Shown here piece after piece: positions 32,092 to 41,005 of a DNA stretch of 56,435 bases. The stretch lies in NCBI GenBank assembly GCA_035544835.1, contig DASZZV010000299.1:1-56435 (forward strand), read 5' to 3'. The DNA comes from Thermoanaerobaculia bacterium (GTDB lineage: Bacteria > Acidobacteriota > Thermoanaerobaculia > Gp7-AA8). Each line of letters begins with the position of its first letter. The first letter of the stretch is position 1. A program made the translations under genes and the position numbers. The notes under the pieces are model-generated. The model was not told the DNA's origin. It ran no database searches and saw only the letters and a program-made list of their open reading frames with translations.

Positions 32092-34263
32092 ATGATCCGA
32101 TTCGAAGACATCCTCGACAAGGTCGAGTCGTACAAGCCGAACTTCGATGAGGAGCTCCTCGAGAAGGCCTACATCTTCACCGCTCTGGCCCATAAAGGGC
32201 AGACTCGTCAGTCCGGCGAACCCTACCTGATCCATCCTCTCAACGTCGCTCACATCCTCGCCGAAATGAAGCTCGACGAGACCTCCATCGTGGTTGGTCT
32301 TCTACACGACGTGCTCGAGGATACGCTCACCACGAAAGAGAAGCTCCACGAGCTCTTCGGGGAAGAGGTCGCAGATATCGTGGATGGCGTGACCAAGATT
32401 TCCCGCTACGCCTACGTCTCGAGAGAAGAGCAGCAGGCCGAGACTTTCCGCAAAATGATTCTGGCCATGGTTTCCGACCTGCGGGTCGTGCTCGTCAAGC
32501 TGGCTGATCGCCTGCACAACATGCGGACGCTGAACCATCTCCCGCAGGACCGCCAGCAGGCCATTGCCAAAGAGACCATCGAGATCTATGCACCGATCGC
32601 CAATCGCCTGGGGATGGGCAATGTCAAAAACGAGCTGGAGGATCTCTCGTTCCGCTACAGCAGCCCCAAGGAATTCGAGGAATTGAACGAGGCCGTCAAA
32701 GAAAAGATGTCGGTGTCGGGCGTTGTCGTCGAACGGATCCGTTCGACACTGCTCCATACGATGAAGGAGAACGTCATCGACGTCGAGGTCTTCGGCCGTG
32801 TGAAGTCGATGTACTCGATCCATCAGAAACTTCGCCGGCAGCAGAACGACATCGGGCAGCTGTACGACTATCTGGCCTTTCGCATCGTCACCGCCAGCGT
32901 GCGGGACTGCTACTCCGCGCTGGGAATCATTCATCAGACATGGCGACCCGTTCCCGGCCGGATCAAGGACTATATCGCCATGCCCAAGCCCAACTTCTAC
33001 CAGTCCCTCCACACCACGGTGGTGGCTGAGAAGGGACAGCCCTTTGAGGTGCAGATTCGCACGCGAGAGATGGACCTCATCGCCGAACAGGGCATCGCTG
33101 CTCACTGGAAATACAAGGAAGGAAGACTGGGCGCCTCACCCGACGACGCCAGCTTCCTCTGGCTTCGTCAATTGGTGGAGTGGCAGAACGACATCAAGGA
33201 CCCTCGGGTTTTCATGCAGTCCCTGAAGATCGATCTCTATCCCGACGAGGTCTACACGTTCACGCCCAAGGGGGCTGTTTACGCCTTTCCGCGCGGCGCC
33301 ACGCCTCTGGATTTCGCCTATCGGATCCATACCGACGTCGGCCACCATTGTGTGGGAGCGCGAGTGAACGGGAAGCTGGTCCAGCTTCGCTCCTCTCTCA
33401 AGAACGGCGACATCGTCGAGATCATGACCTCCACGACTCAGACGCCGAATCAGGAGTGGTTGAGCCTGGTGGTGACGTCGCGAGCACGTCATAAAATCCG
33501 TCACTGGCTGAACTTAGAGCAGAAGAATCGTTCGATCGAACTGGGGCGGAAGCTGATCGACAAGGAGGCCAAGAAGTATCGGGTCTCATTCAAGAAGCTG
33601 ATCGCGGAGGGAGCGCTGGACGGGGTTTTGTCGGAGTATGGGGTTGGCAGGATTGAAGATCTTTACGCCGACGTCGGTTTCGGAAAGATCGCGGCGAAGG
33701 CGATCGTGGAGCGCTTCGTCCCCGAGGAAGAGAAAGAAAAGAGGGAGCTGGCTTCCGCCGGCGTGTTGCAGCAGGCGGTCCGCAAAATTTTCCCTTTTAC
33801 GGCGGCGCCGACCATCAAGGTCAAGGGTTACGACGATCTGATGACTTATCTGGCCAAGTGCTGCAATCCACTCCCCGGCGAGCCGATTCTCGGGTACGTG
33901 ACGCGCGGGAAGGGAATCGCTGTCCACAGCGCCGACTGTCCGAATGTAAAGAACCTCATGTTCAACCCTGACCGGCAGATCGATGTGGAGTGGGCAGGGC
34001 AGGGGACATCGCAGTTCCGGGTGGAGCTCGAAGTGGTAGCCGAGGACCGGACTGGAATGCTGGCGCGGGTCGTGTCGTCAATCGCCAATCTGAAGACCAA
34101 TATCAGGCATATCGAGGCCCGGACGGCCGATGGGCGCGGGATGATCGACCTGATTGTGGAGATTGCAGATTTGAAGCATCTCGAGAAGGTCATTCGATCG
34201 ATCAGCTCGATCGAGGGGGTGCTTCAGGTGGAGAGGAAGTACAACATCCGGCACACGGCGTGA
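32092..34263 (+). CDS. rel: bifunctional (p)ppGpp synthetase/hydrolase, RelA/SpoT homologue
   Basis: HD hydrolase motifs (HPLNVA, LLHDVLEDT), synthetase region (YRSLHT-like YQSLHTTV), TGS and C-terminal ACT-like domain. The start was set at MIRFEDIL. Confidence 0.95.
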   Translation: MIRFEDILDKVESYKPNFDEELLEKAYIFTALAHKGQTRQSGEPYLIHPLNVAHILAEMKLDETSIVVGLLHDVLEDTLTTKEKLHELFGEEVADIVDGVTKISRYAYVSREEQQAETFRKMILAMVSDLRVVLVKLADRLHNMRTLNHLPQDRQQAIAKETIEIYAPIANRLGMGNVKNELEDLSFRYSSPKEFEELNEAVKEKMSVSGVVVERIRSTLLHTMKENVIDVEVFGRVKSMYSIHQKLRRQQNDIGQLYDYLAFRIVTASVRDCYSALGIIHQTWRPVPGRIKDYIAMPKPNFYQSLHTTVVAEKGQPFEVQIRTREMDLIAEQGIAAHWKYKEGRLGASPDDASFLWLRQLVEWQNDIKDPRVFMQSLKIDLYPDEVYTFTPKGAVYAFPRGATPLDFAYRIHTDVGHHCVGARVNGKLVQLRSSLKNGDIVEIMTSTTQTPNQEWLSLVVTSRARHKIRHWLNLEQKNRSIELGRKLIDKEAKKYRVSFKKLIAEGALDGVLSEYGVGRIEDLYADVGFGKIAAKAIVERFVPEEEKEKRELASAGVLQQAVRKIFPFTAAPTIKVKGYDDLMTYLAKCCNPLPGEPILGYVTRGKGIAVHSADCPNVKNLMFNPDRQIDVEWAGQGTSQFRVELEVVAEDRTGMLARVVSSIANLKTNIRHIEARTADGRGMIDLIVEIADLKHLEKVIRSISSIEGVLQVERKYNIRHTA

Positions 34264-34324
34264 GAAACCAGAAACCAGAAAGGACTGAATTGCCTTCTGG
34301 TTTCTGGTTTCTGATTTCTGGTTT
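34264..34324. terminator. heptamer-built (ACCAGAA) hairpin that fills the gap between the convergent rel and rpmB genes; probable bidirectional terminator
   Basis: gaaaccagaaaccagaaagg-actgaattg-ccttctggtttctggtttc, followed by tgatttctggttt. It starts 1 nt after the rel stop and ends inside the rpmB stop codon. Confidence 0.7.
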
Positions 34325-34517
34325 ACCGGGCTGCTTTCTGGATCGCGCCGCTCCGAATGCAACGGGTGCAGACCTGCATGCGGCGAACGGCTCCGGCTAC
34401 CATCACGCGAACGCGCTGCAGATTGGGCAGCCAGCGGCGGCTGCTCACATTGTGGGCGTGGCTGATTCGATTTCCGAACACCGGCCCTTTCCCGCATACT
34501 TCACACATCTTGGCCAT
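34323..34517 (-). CDS. rpmB: 50S ribosomal protein L28
   Basis: [30 protein letters not shown] is the characteristic L28 N-terminus. AAGGAG lies upstream. Confidence 0.95.
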   Translation of the reverse strand: MAKMCEVCGKGPVFGNRISHAHNVSSRRWLPNLQRVRVMVAGAVRRMQVCTRCIRSGAIQKAAR

Positions 34518-34546
34518 GGACTACTCCTTCAGTTGAAAAGGTGTGG

Positions 34547-34575
34547 ATAATAAACAGTGACGAGGTTTTGTGCAA
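34547..34575 (-). promoter_or_regulatory. candidate sigma70 promoter of rpmB
   Basis: Minus strand reads TTGCAC, 17 nt, TATTAT. The -10 ends 29 nt upstream of the ATG. Confidence 0.45.
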
Positions 34576-34638
34576 TCCCGGAGGCGAACAAAGGGGCGCG
34601 AAACCCCGTATCTTTAATGCACGGCAAAAGTTGTTGTG

Positions 34639-34667
34639 TTGACAGGCCTTATAAATCGGTGTACTTT
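34639..34667 (+). promoter_or_regulatory. candidate sigma70 promoter of the pilM operon
   Basis: TTGACA (34639..34644), 17 nt, TACTTT (34662..34667), about 70 nt upstream of the pilM GTG. Confidence 0.35.
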
Positions 34668-34734
34668 CGCAGGCATCTTTCTCCGTTTTGTGAAAATTTA
34701 GGCCAACGAGAAGTCGTGAGATGTGGGGTGAGCG

Positions 34735-35790
34735 GTGTTCTTCTCAAAGAGCAAAAGTCTTGTCGGGCTTGATATCGGCTCCTCAGCGATCAAACTGGTC
34801 GAGCTGAAGGAGAAGAAAGCTGGTAGCTACCAGCTTGTGAAAATCGGGCTTGAGCCTTTGTCACCGGAGGCCATCGTCGACGGATCCATCATGGACTCGT
34901 CCATGGTGGTTGAAACCATTCAGCGATTGAACGCGGCCCAGGGCGTGAAGAATTCCAATTACGCCACGTCGCTTTCGGGTCACTCGGTGATCATCAAAAA
35001 GATATCGCTTCCGGCGATGTCTCCCGAGGAGCTGGCCGAGTCGATCCAGTGGGAAGCTGAGCAGTACATCCCCTTCGATATCAACGACGTGAGTCTCGAC
35101 TATGTGCCGTTGCCATCGACGGCGGGCGAGAACCTGGACGTCATCCTCGTGGCCGTCAAGAAGGAAAAGATCAACGACTACACCTCGGTGATCTCTCAGG
35201 CCGGTAAGACTGCGGCGCTCGTCGACGTAGACGCCTTCGCCCTGCAGAACGCTTACGAGGTGAGTTACCCCATCGAAGAAGGAAGAGTCCTGGCGCTGGT
35301 GAATATCGGCGCGTCAGTGACCAACGTCAATGTGCTGTCGGGGGCGACCTCACTTTTCTGGCGAGACATCACGTTCGGCGGAAACCAGTACACGGATGCC
35401 ATCCAGCGCGAGTTAAACCTCTCTTTCGCTCAAGCCGAGTCGCTCAAGCGCGGGGAAGCGGTGGGTGACTATTCCATCCAGCAGGTCATTCCAATTCTGA
35501 ATTCAGTCTCCGAGGATTTCTCCGGAGAACTTCGTAAGACCCTCGACTTCTTCACGGCGACATCGGGAGCAGAAAGGGTCGATGAGATCGTTCTATCGGG
35601 TGGTGGCTCGGGAGTGTTGAACCTCGATTCGATCCTGCGGGATAAGTTTGGCATCGGCGTCGAGATCATGAACCCTCTCAAGAACATCACTTTCAACGAG
35701 AGTGACTTTAATCCTGAGTGGATCTCCGAAGTGGCGCCGAGCATGGCTATCGCCGTCGGTCTCGCCATCAGGAAGTTGGGGGACGCTTGA
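34735..35790 (+). CDS. pilM: type IV pilus assembly protein PilM (actin-like ATPase fold)
   Basis: The N-terminus LVGLDIGSSAIKLVEL is typical of PilM. 351 aa, first gene of the pilMNOPQ order. Confidence 0.9.
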   Translation: MFFSKSKSLVGLDIGSSAIKLVELKEKKAGSYQLVKIGLEPLSPEAIVDGSIMDSSMVVETIQRLNAAQGVKNSNYATSLSGHSVIIKKISLPAMSPEELAESIQWEAEQYIPFDINDVSLDYVPLPSTAGENLDVILVAVKKEKINDYTSVISQAGKTAALVDVDAFALQNAYEVSYPIEEGRVLALVNIGASVTNVNVLSGATSLFWRDITFGGNQYTDAIQRELNLSFAQAESLKRGEAVGDYSIQQVIPILNSVSEDFSGELRKTLDFFTATSGAERVDEIVLSGGGSGVLNLDSILRDKFGIGVEIMNPLKNITFNESDFNPEWISEVAPSMAIAVGLAIRKLGDA

Positions 35791-36485
35791 TTAAGATCAA
35801 TCTGATCCGAGAGGGGCGCTCTCCAGTCAAGGGAGCCGCCGCTCCCGGTGCTTCTGCCGTGTCCACCGCTGGAGGGGCTGCCAACCTCAACAACATTCTG
35901 GTGGTCGGGTTGCTGGTGCTCGGTCTATTGGCCTCAGCCGGATACTGGTTCTACAGGCATTCGGAATTGAAGCGCAAAGAAGAAGAGAAGGTCGCAAAGC
36001 AGGCCGAGGCCCAGAAACTCGAGGCCATCATCAAAGAGGTTGAGGACTTCGAGAGGCGAAAAGTATCGCTCGAGAAGCGGATTGCCACGATCAATGATCT
36101 GAAGAAGAACCAGAAAGGTCCGGTCCGGATCATGGATCGTGTCAGTCAGGACCTTCCTGACCTCGTGTGGATCGATCACATGGCTCTGCAGAAGGGTATT
36201 GTCTCCCTCGACGGGCGCGGCCTGAACCCTACGGCAATTGCTACTTTTATTGAAAACGTGAAGGGTGACCCTCTATTTCAGGAGCCGGATGTCAGCGCGG
36301 TCACGCAGGCCTCGACCGGCACGGGTTCGCAATCCGTGTACACGTTCGGTATGAGCTTCAGCTTCAAAGTGCCGACCGCGGCCGATGCGAATGTCGGTGA
36401 AGCGGGTACTTCAACGTCCACGACGGGCACATCAGCGACGGGCGTAACCACGACGAGCGGCACGACCGCGGCGCCCGGAAAGTAG
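35787..36485 (+). CDS. pilN: type IV pilus assembly protein PilN
   Basis: LIKINLI N-terminus, single TM helix, coiled coil. The TTG start overlaps the pilM stop (TTGA). The C-terminus is a Thr/Ser/Gly-rich tail. Confidence 0.8.
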   Translation: MIKINLIREGRSPVKGAAAPGASAVSTAGGAANLNNILVVGLLVLGLLASAGYWFYRHSELKRKEEEKVAKQAEAQKLEAIIKEVEDFERRKVSLEKRIATINDLKKNQKGPVRIMDRVSQDLPDLVWIDHMALQKGIVSLDGRGLNPTAIATFIENVKGDPLFQEPDVSAVTQASTGTGSQSVYTFGMSFSFKVPTAADANVGEAGTSTSTTGTSATGVTTTSGTTAAPGK

Positions 36486-36497
36486 CGAGGAGGAGCG

Positions 36498-37139
36498 ATG
36501 CCGCTGGAGACAGCTCTAGAAGGAAAGCCGGTGTACTGGGGCCTGGGTATCGGGCTCGTCCTGGCAGCCCTGTGCCTCGCGGGGACGCAGTACATGTGGA
36601 TCAACGACATCAATGCTTCCATTGCTACAACCAATGCGGAGCTTGACGAGCTACAGAAGAAAATCGAGAACGGCCGGGCCGCGGAGAAGAAGCTTCCGCA
36701 GTTCCGGGAGGAAGTCGCCCGCCTCGAGCTGGAGCTCGAGAAGCTGCGTCGCATCCTCCCCTCGAGCAAGAACACCGAAGAGATCATCAAGAAGATCAAG
36801 TCGCTGGTCGATCAGGGAGATTTCGCCCTCCGCTCGATGGTGTTCCCCAAGCTCAAAACCTCCGGTGAGGGTGGTGAGCCGTTCGTCGAATGGCCGATTC
36901 AGATCGTCGTGGACGGGAGTTACCACAATCTGGCCATTCTCTTCAATCGTCTGAGTAATTTCAGCCGCATCATGAATGTCGAGCAGTTCAACATCACCGC
37001 TCTTTCGACACAGCAGGACCGGACCATTTCGGCCGACTTCATTGCCAAGACGTTTGTCTACGTCGAGCCGAAAGAGCCGGAGCCCGACGCCACGAAGAAA
37101 GCCAAGCCGGGCGGCGCCAAAGCAGGCGGAGGAGAGTAG
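36498..37139 (+). CDS. pilO: type IV pilus assembly protein PilO
   Basis: TM helix plus coiled coil plus ferredoxin-like C-terminal region. Called from its position in the operon; GAGGAGGA lies upstream. Confidence 0.75.
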   Translation: MPLETALEGKPVYWGLGIGLVLAALCLAGTQYMWINDINASIATTNAELDELQKKIENGRAAEKKLPQFREEVARLELELEKLRRILPSSKNTEEIIKKIKSLVDQGDFALRSMVFPKLKTSGEGGEPFVEWPIQIVVDGSYHNLAILFNRLSNFSRIMNVEQFNITALSTQQDRTISADFIAKTFVYVEPKEPEPDATKKAKPGGAKAGGGE

Positions 37140-37142
37140 GCG

Positions 37143-37694
37143 ATGAAACGGACATTGATCGGAGTCTCGCTTCTGTTCTCGGCCTCGGTCGGCCTGCTGT
37201 TCGCGCAGGCTGGAACGCGCACCGCCCCAGGTGGTTCCGCGGCGAAGGCGACCGCGACGGTATCCAGTACGTCCAGTTCGGACCCTTCTGCTCTTCAGCA
37301 GAATCTCGAGGAGATCCTGGCGGAGCCGGTGCAGGGCGAGTCGTACCACTACGACTCCCAGGGACGTCGTGATCCATTCCGCTCGCTGATCGGGCCGGCT
37401 TCCAATCGCCGGGTTGGCGGACCGAAACCGGAGGGGGTCCCTGGCTTCCTGGTCGACGAGATCGATCTGACCGGAGTCGTCCGGACCAAGCAGGGCCTGG
37501 TGGCGATGATCACCGGACCCGACAACAAGGGATACCTGCTTCGTGTCGGCGAGAAACTGTTCGACGGTGAGGTCGTTCAGATCACCAATACCGGGATTCA
37601 TTTCCGGCAAGAGGTGAACGATCCGACCAGTATTGAGCGCTACAAGGAAGTAGTGAAAGAGTTGACGCCGCAGTCTGGGAAGAAGACTCCATAG
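37143..37694 (+). CDS. pilP: PilP-like pilus assembly protein
   Basis: Signal peptide and C-terminal beta-domain motif GLVAMITGPDNKGYLLRVGEKLFDGEVVQI. Called from its position between pilO and pilQ. Confidence 0.7.
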   Translation: MKRTLIGVSLLFSASVGLLFAQAGTRTAPGGSAAKATATVSSTSSSDPSALQQNLEEILAEPVQGESYHYDSQGRRDPFRSLIGPASNRRVGGPKPEGVPGFLVDEIDLTGVVRTKQGLVAMITGPDNKGYLLRVGEKLFDGEVVQITNTGIHFRQEVNDPTSIERYKEVVKELTPQSGKKTP

Positions 37695-37733
37695 AGGGTG
37701 GGACGACAGGATGGCTGCGTGGAGGGCTGTGTG

Positions 37734-40331
37734 ATGGTGAAGGTGGGAACAAACGTGAACAAGCCGCATCTTCTGGCGCTGGGAGCTCTGGTTGCGATCG
37801 GGTTGGTAATGCCGCCAATGATGGCAGCCAAATCGCTCCGAGCGCGCCAGGGCGCTTCTCGAGAAGTGGCCAAGGGCGCCACTTCGCTCGACAGTGTGAC
37901 CATGGAGCTCAGCCCCGCGCCTCGGATTCTGCTGAAGACTTCCGGCGCTCCGTCCTTCTCATCGTATAGCCCTCAGCCGGACATTTATGTGATCGATCTG
38001 CCGGGTGCCGTACGAGCCGACTCGCTGACCTTTCCGACTCACTATCCGTCCTTCATCAATTCGGTAACCGCTGAAAACGCGACAGAGCTCGGTACGGGCC
38101 TCACCCGTATTACGGTTCGTTTCGCGCAAGCCGTTCCGGCTCACACCGCTTCGGTGGATGGTGGGCTGGTCGTCACATTCGATTCCGACTCCCTCGCTCC
38201 CGTCGTGGCAGATGCATTGCCGGCGCGGACCGAAACGGTTACTCCGGCAACACCGCCGCCCGCAACTGAGGTCAAAAAGGCACCGGCAGTCCAGGCGCCC
38301 GAGAGTGTGGTTGCTGCCGCGCCCACTGTTTCGGAACCGTCCAGCATGCAGGCTGCCGTCTCCGAGTCCGAAGCCACTACTGGTTCGACACGCAGAGCAA
38401 CCCAGCTCCGGGGCGTGACCACGGAGGGATCGGGGCCAGGCTTGAGGGTCGTGCTCTCCACGAATGGACCAGCCCAGTACTCCGCTTTCAAACTAGCGAA
38501 TCCCCTTCGGCTCGTCGTAGATCTGAAGGGAGTCAATAACAAGACTCGCTCCGCTGCCATGAATCTGGGCGATCCCCTTGTCAAGCGCATTCGCGTCGCG
38601 CAGTTCAAGGGCGGCCCCGAGCCTGTTACCCGGGTCGTTCTGGACCTTGACGAAGCGGTCGATTATCACGTTACGAAATCTGCCGACGCGGTTCGGATCT
38701 CATTCGGCGACGAACTGGCCTCGGCGACTTCCTCGTTGCCGGAAGCAGTCGTCGCTACAGCGTCTACTCCGAAGGCGCTAAAGAACCCGCCGCGCAGCGA
38801 GGCACGGCCTGCAGTCGCGGCTCCGGTCCCGGTCAAAGAGAGCGTATTTGCCGAGGTCCCCGTGATCGCCCCCGCGCCTCCGACCAGGACCACACAGATC
38901 AGCAATCGAGCCCGAAAGTCGGAGACGATGGTGGTGCGATCATCGGCCGATCAGGCAACCCCTACCCGACGCGGTACGAAGACGACGACAACAACAACAA
39001 CGACCCCCGCCGGGACTGAGGATGTTTTCGCCGGTCAGCCTGGTACGGCCTCCAGCCAGGCGCCCCTCTCCGGCAGCGGCATCGGTCATACGGCCAGCAG
39101 GACCCTGAGCGGCGGCGACAAGGTCTATACCGGCGAACCGATCGATCTGAATCTCAAAGATGCAGACATCAAAGACGTCCTGCGCACGTTTGCACAGCTC
39201 ACCGGGCTGAATATCGCCATCGATCCTCAGGTCAGCGGCACCGTCACCGTTCAGTTCGAGGGCGTTCCGTGGGACCAGGCACTCGAGATCATCCTTCGGC
39301 AGAACGATCTCTCCTACATCCTGCAGGGGAACGTAATGCGAGTGGGAAGGATCGACCGTCTGGCAACGGAACAGACGCAGACCAGAAAATTGGAGGAGGA
39401 GGAACGCCTCAACGTCGCTACCCAGACCGTCATCAAGAAGTTGTCCTACGCAAAGGCCAACGACGTTCAAGGCCTACTCAAGGAGCTTTCCTCGCCGAAA
39501 GGCCGGGTCATTGTCGACTCACGAACCAACCAGCTCGTGATTACCGAAGTCCCCCAGTATCTTCAGACGATGCTCAACCTGATCGAGACCGTCGACATCC
39601 CGACTCCGCAGGTCGTGATCGAAGCGCGAATCATAGAGACGACGAAGACTTTCCTGCAGCAACTCGGAATCGACTGGGGTTTCGGAGGCCGTCTTGATCC
39701 CACCCTTGGCACCGGAACCGGTCTGGTCTTTCCGAATCGCGTTGGTATCACCGGCGGGCCCTTCAATCTCGGTGTTGGAAATCCGGTGCTGAAGCTTTCC
39801 CTGGGTAACGTTCTCGGCACATTTGACCTCGATGTTCTCCTGACCGCGGCAGAAGCCGAGGGTCTGGCCCGAATTGTCTCCGCACCCAAGGTCACGACAC
39901 AGGACAACCAGTCGGCCGAGATTCAGAGCGGCGTTCAGATCCCCGTCCAGACCAGGATCAACTTCACTACGACCATCACGTATACGGACGCCACCCTCCG
40001 ACTTACGGTCACGCCGCAGATCACGTCGCAGGACACCGTTATCATGGATATCAGCGTCCAGAAGACGGAGCCGGCGACCGGTATTTCGGTGGCCGGCGGT
40101 ACAGGAACTCCGCTGTTGACACGACGCGCCTCCACCAAAGTCATGGTTCGGGACGGCGGGACGACAGTCATCGGAGGCATTTACCAGTCGACGGAAAACA
40201 ACGCACAGACGCGCGTTCCGTTCCTGCATGAAATTCCGGTGCTCGGAAATCTATTCAAGAATCGGGACAGAAGCAGCCGGCATGACGAACTTTTGATTTT
40301 CATTACGCCGCGAATCGTTCGTAACATCTGA
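37734..40331 (+). CDS. pilQ: type IV pilus secretin PilQ with two AMIN-like domains
   Basis: Two AMIN-like repeats (...VIDLPG..., ...LVVDLKG...), a Thr-rich linker, N0/Secretin_N (DADIKDVLRTFAQLTGLNI) and the secretin C-terminus (VPFLHEIPVLGNLFK...ELLIFITPRIV). Confidence 0.9.
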   Translation: MVKVGTNVNKPHLLALGALVAIGLVMPPMMAAKSLRARQGASREVAKGATSLDSVTMELSPAPRILLKTSGAPSFSSYSPQPDIYVIDLPGAVRADSLTFPTHYPSFINSVTAENATELGTGLTRITVRFAQAVPAHTASVDGGLVVTFDSDSLAPVVADALPARTETVTPATPPPATEVKKAPAVQAPESVVAAAPTVSEPSSMQAAVSESEATTGSTRRATQLRGVTTEGSGPGLRVVLSTNGPAQYSAFKLANPLRLVVDLKGVNNKTRSAAMNLGDPLVKRIRVAQFKGGPEPVTRVVLDLDEAVDYHVTKSADAVRISFGDELASATSSLPEAVVATASTPKALKNPPRSEARPAVAAPVPVKESVFAEVPVIAPAPPTRTTQISNRARKSETMVVRSSADQATPTRRGTKTTTTTTTTPAGTEDVFAGQPGTASSQAPLSGSGIGHTASRTLSGGDKVYTGEPIDLNLKDADIKDVLRTFAQLTGLNIAIDPQVSGTVTVQFEGVPWDQALEIILRQNDLSYILQGNVMRVGRIDRLATEQTQTRKLEEEERLNVATQTVIKKLSYAKANDVQGLLKELSSPKGRVIVDSRTNQLVITEVPQYLQTMLNLIETVDIPTPQVVIEARIIETTKTFLQQLGIDWGFGGRLDPTLGTGTGLVFPNRVGITGGPFNLGVGNPVLKLSLGNVLGTFDLDVLLTAAEAEGLARIVSAPKVTTQDNQSAEIQSGVQIPVQTRINFTTTITYTDATLRLTVTPQITSQDTVIMDISVQKTEPATGISVAGGTGTPLLTRRASTKVMVRDGGTTVIGGIYQSTENNAQTRVPFLHEIPVLGNLFKNRDRSSRHDELLIFITPRIVRNI

Positions 40332-40388
40332 GACGCGGGAAGCGGCGGAGAGACTTCGCACTTCCGGAGAAGCGAGGGGAGGAGTTGA

Positions 40389-40970
40389 ATGAGAGTCACC
40401 TTGAATCTGATTCGAGCAACGGCGGTCGTAGCGGCCGCACTGACCGCACTATCGTGCAATGAGGCGAATCGTGGCGCATCTCCCGTGGAGCTGGTCGCTA
40501 CGAACCACGCCAACATTCTGGTTCTCGACTTCGCCGACTCGACCTGCGGGTCCGGCGGTCTGGGAACCATAACACTCAGGTCGATCATCAAGAGAACGAA
40601 TCCGACCGATGTCCGTTTTCTCGATGTGAAGCTAAAGTCTTATCGCGTCACCTACCAGAGGACGGACGGAGGGAAGTTGATTCCCCAGTCGTTCGTGAGA
40701 TCGATCTCGGGGATCATCGGGGCCGGACAGACCGCCCTGTTGAATGACTTTCTGATTTTTGAGCCGGGCGCGTTTTCTCAGGCTCCGTTCGCAGCACTAC
40801 TGCCGCAGAACGGAGGCATCGATCCCGAGACGGGAAAGAGAACGGTGACGATGGAAATCATCGTCGATGTCTTCGGTGAGACTCTGGCCGGCGACGATGT
40901 TTCGGCGCGAACCCGAATCCCGCTGACTTTCTGTGACGGTTGCGGGTGTGTGAAGGCTTCTGGAGCTTAG
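40389..40970 (+). CDS. hypothetical lipoprotein
   Basis: Lipobox ALTALSC. 193 aa with beta-rich composition and a Cys-rich C-terminus CDGCGC. It starts 57 nt after pilQ. Confidence 0.65.
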   Translation: MRVTLNLIRATAVVAAALTALSCNEANRGASPVELVATNHANILVLDFADSTCGSGGLGTITLRSIIKRTNPTDVRFLDVKLKSYRVTYQRTDGGKLIPQSFVRSISGIIGAGQTALLNDFLIFEPGAFSQAPFAALLPQNGGIDPETGKRTVTMEIIVDVFGETLAGDDVSARTRIPLTFCDGCGCVKASGA

Positions 40971-41005
40971 ACAGCACCGGTTTTAACTTGGTATCGGGTG
41001 AGACG

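Noticed and set aside
38980-39010. Poly-Thr tract (TKTTTTTTTTP) in PilQ, encoded by acg/aca repeats, as a possible phase-variation site.
   Set aside because: The repeat is triplet-based, so slippage would stay in frame. It lies in a linker between domains and is probably just a flexible spacer.
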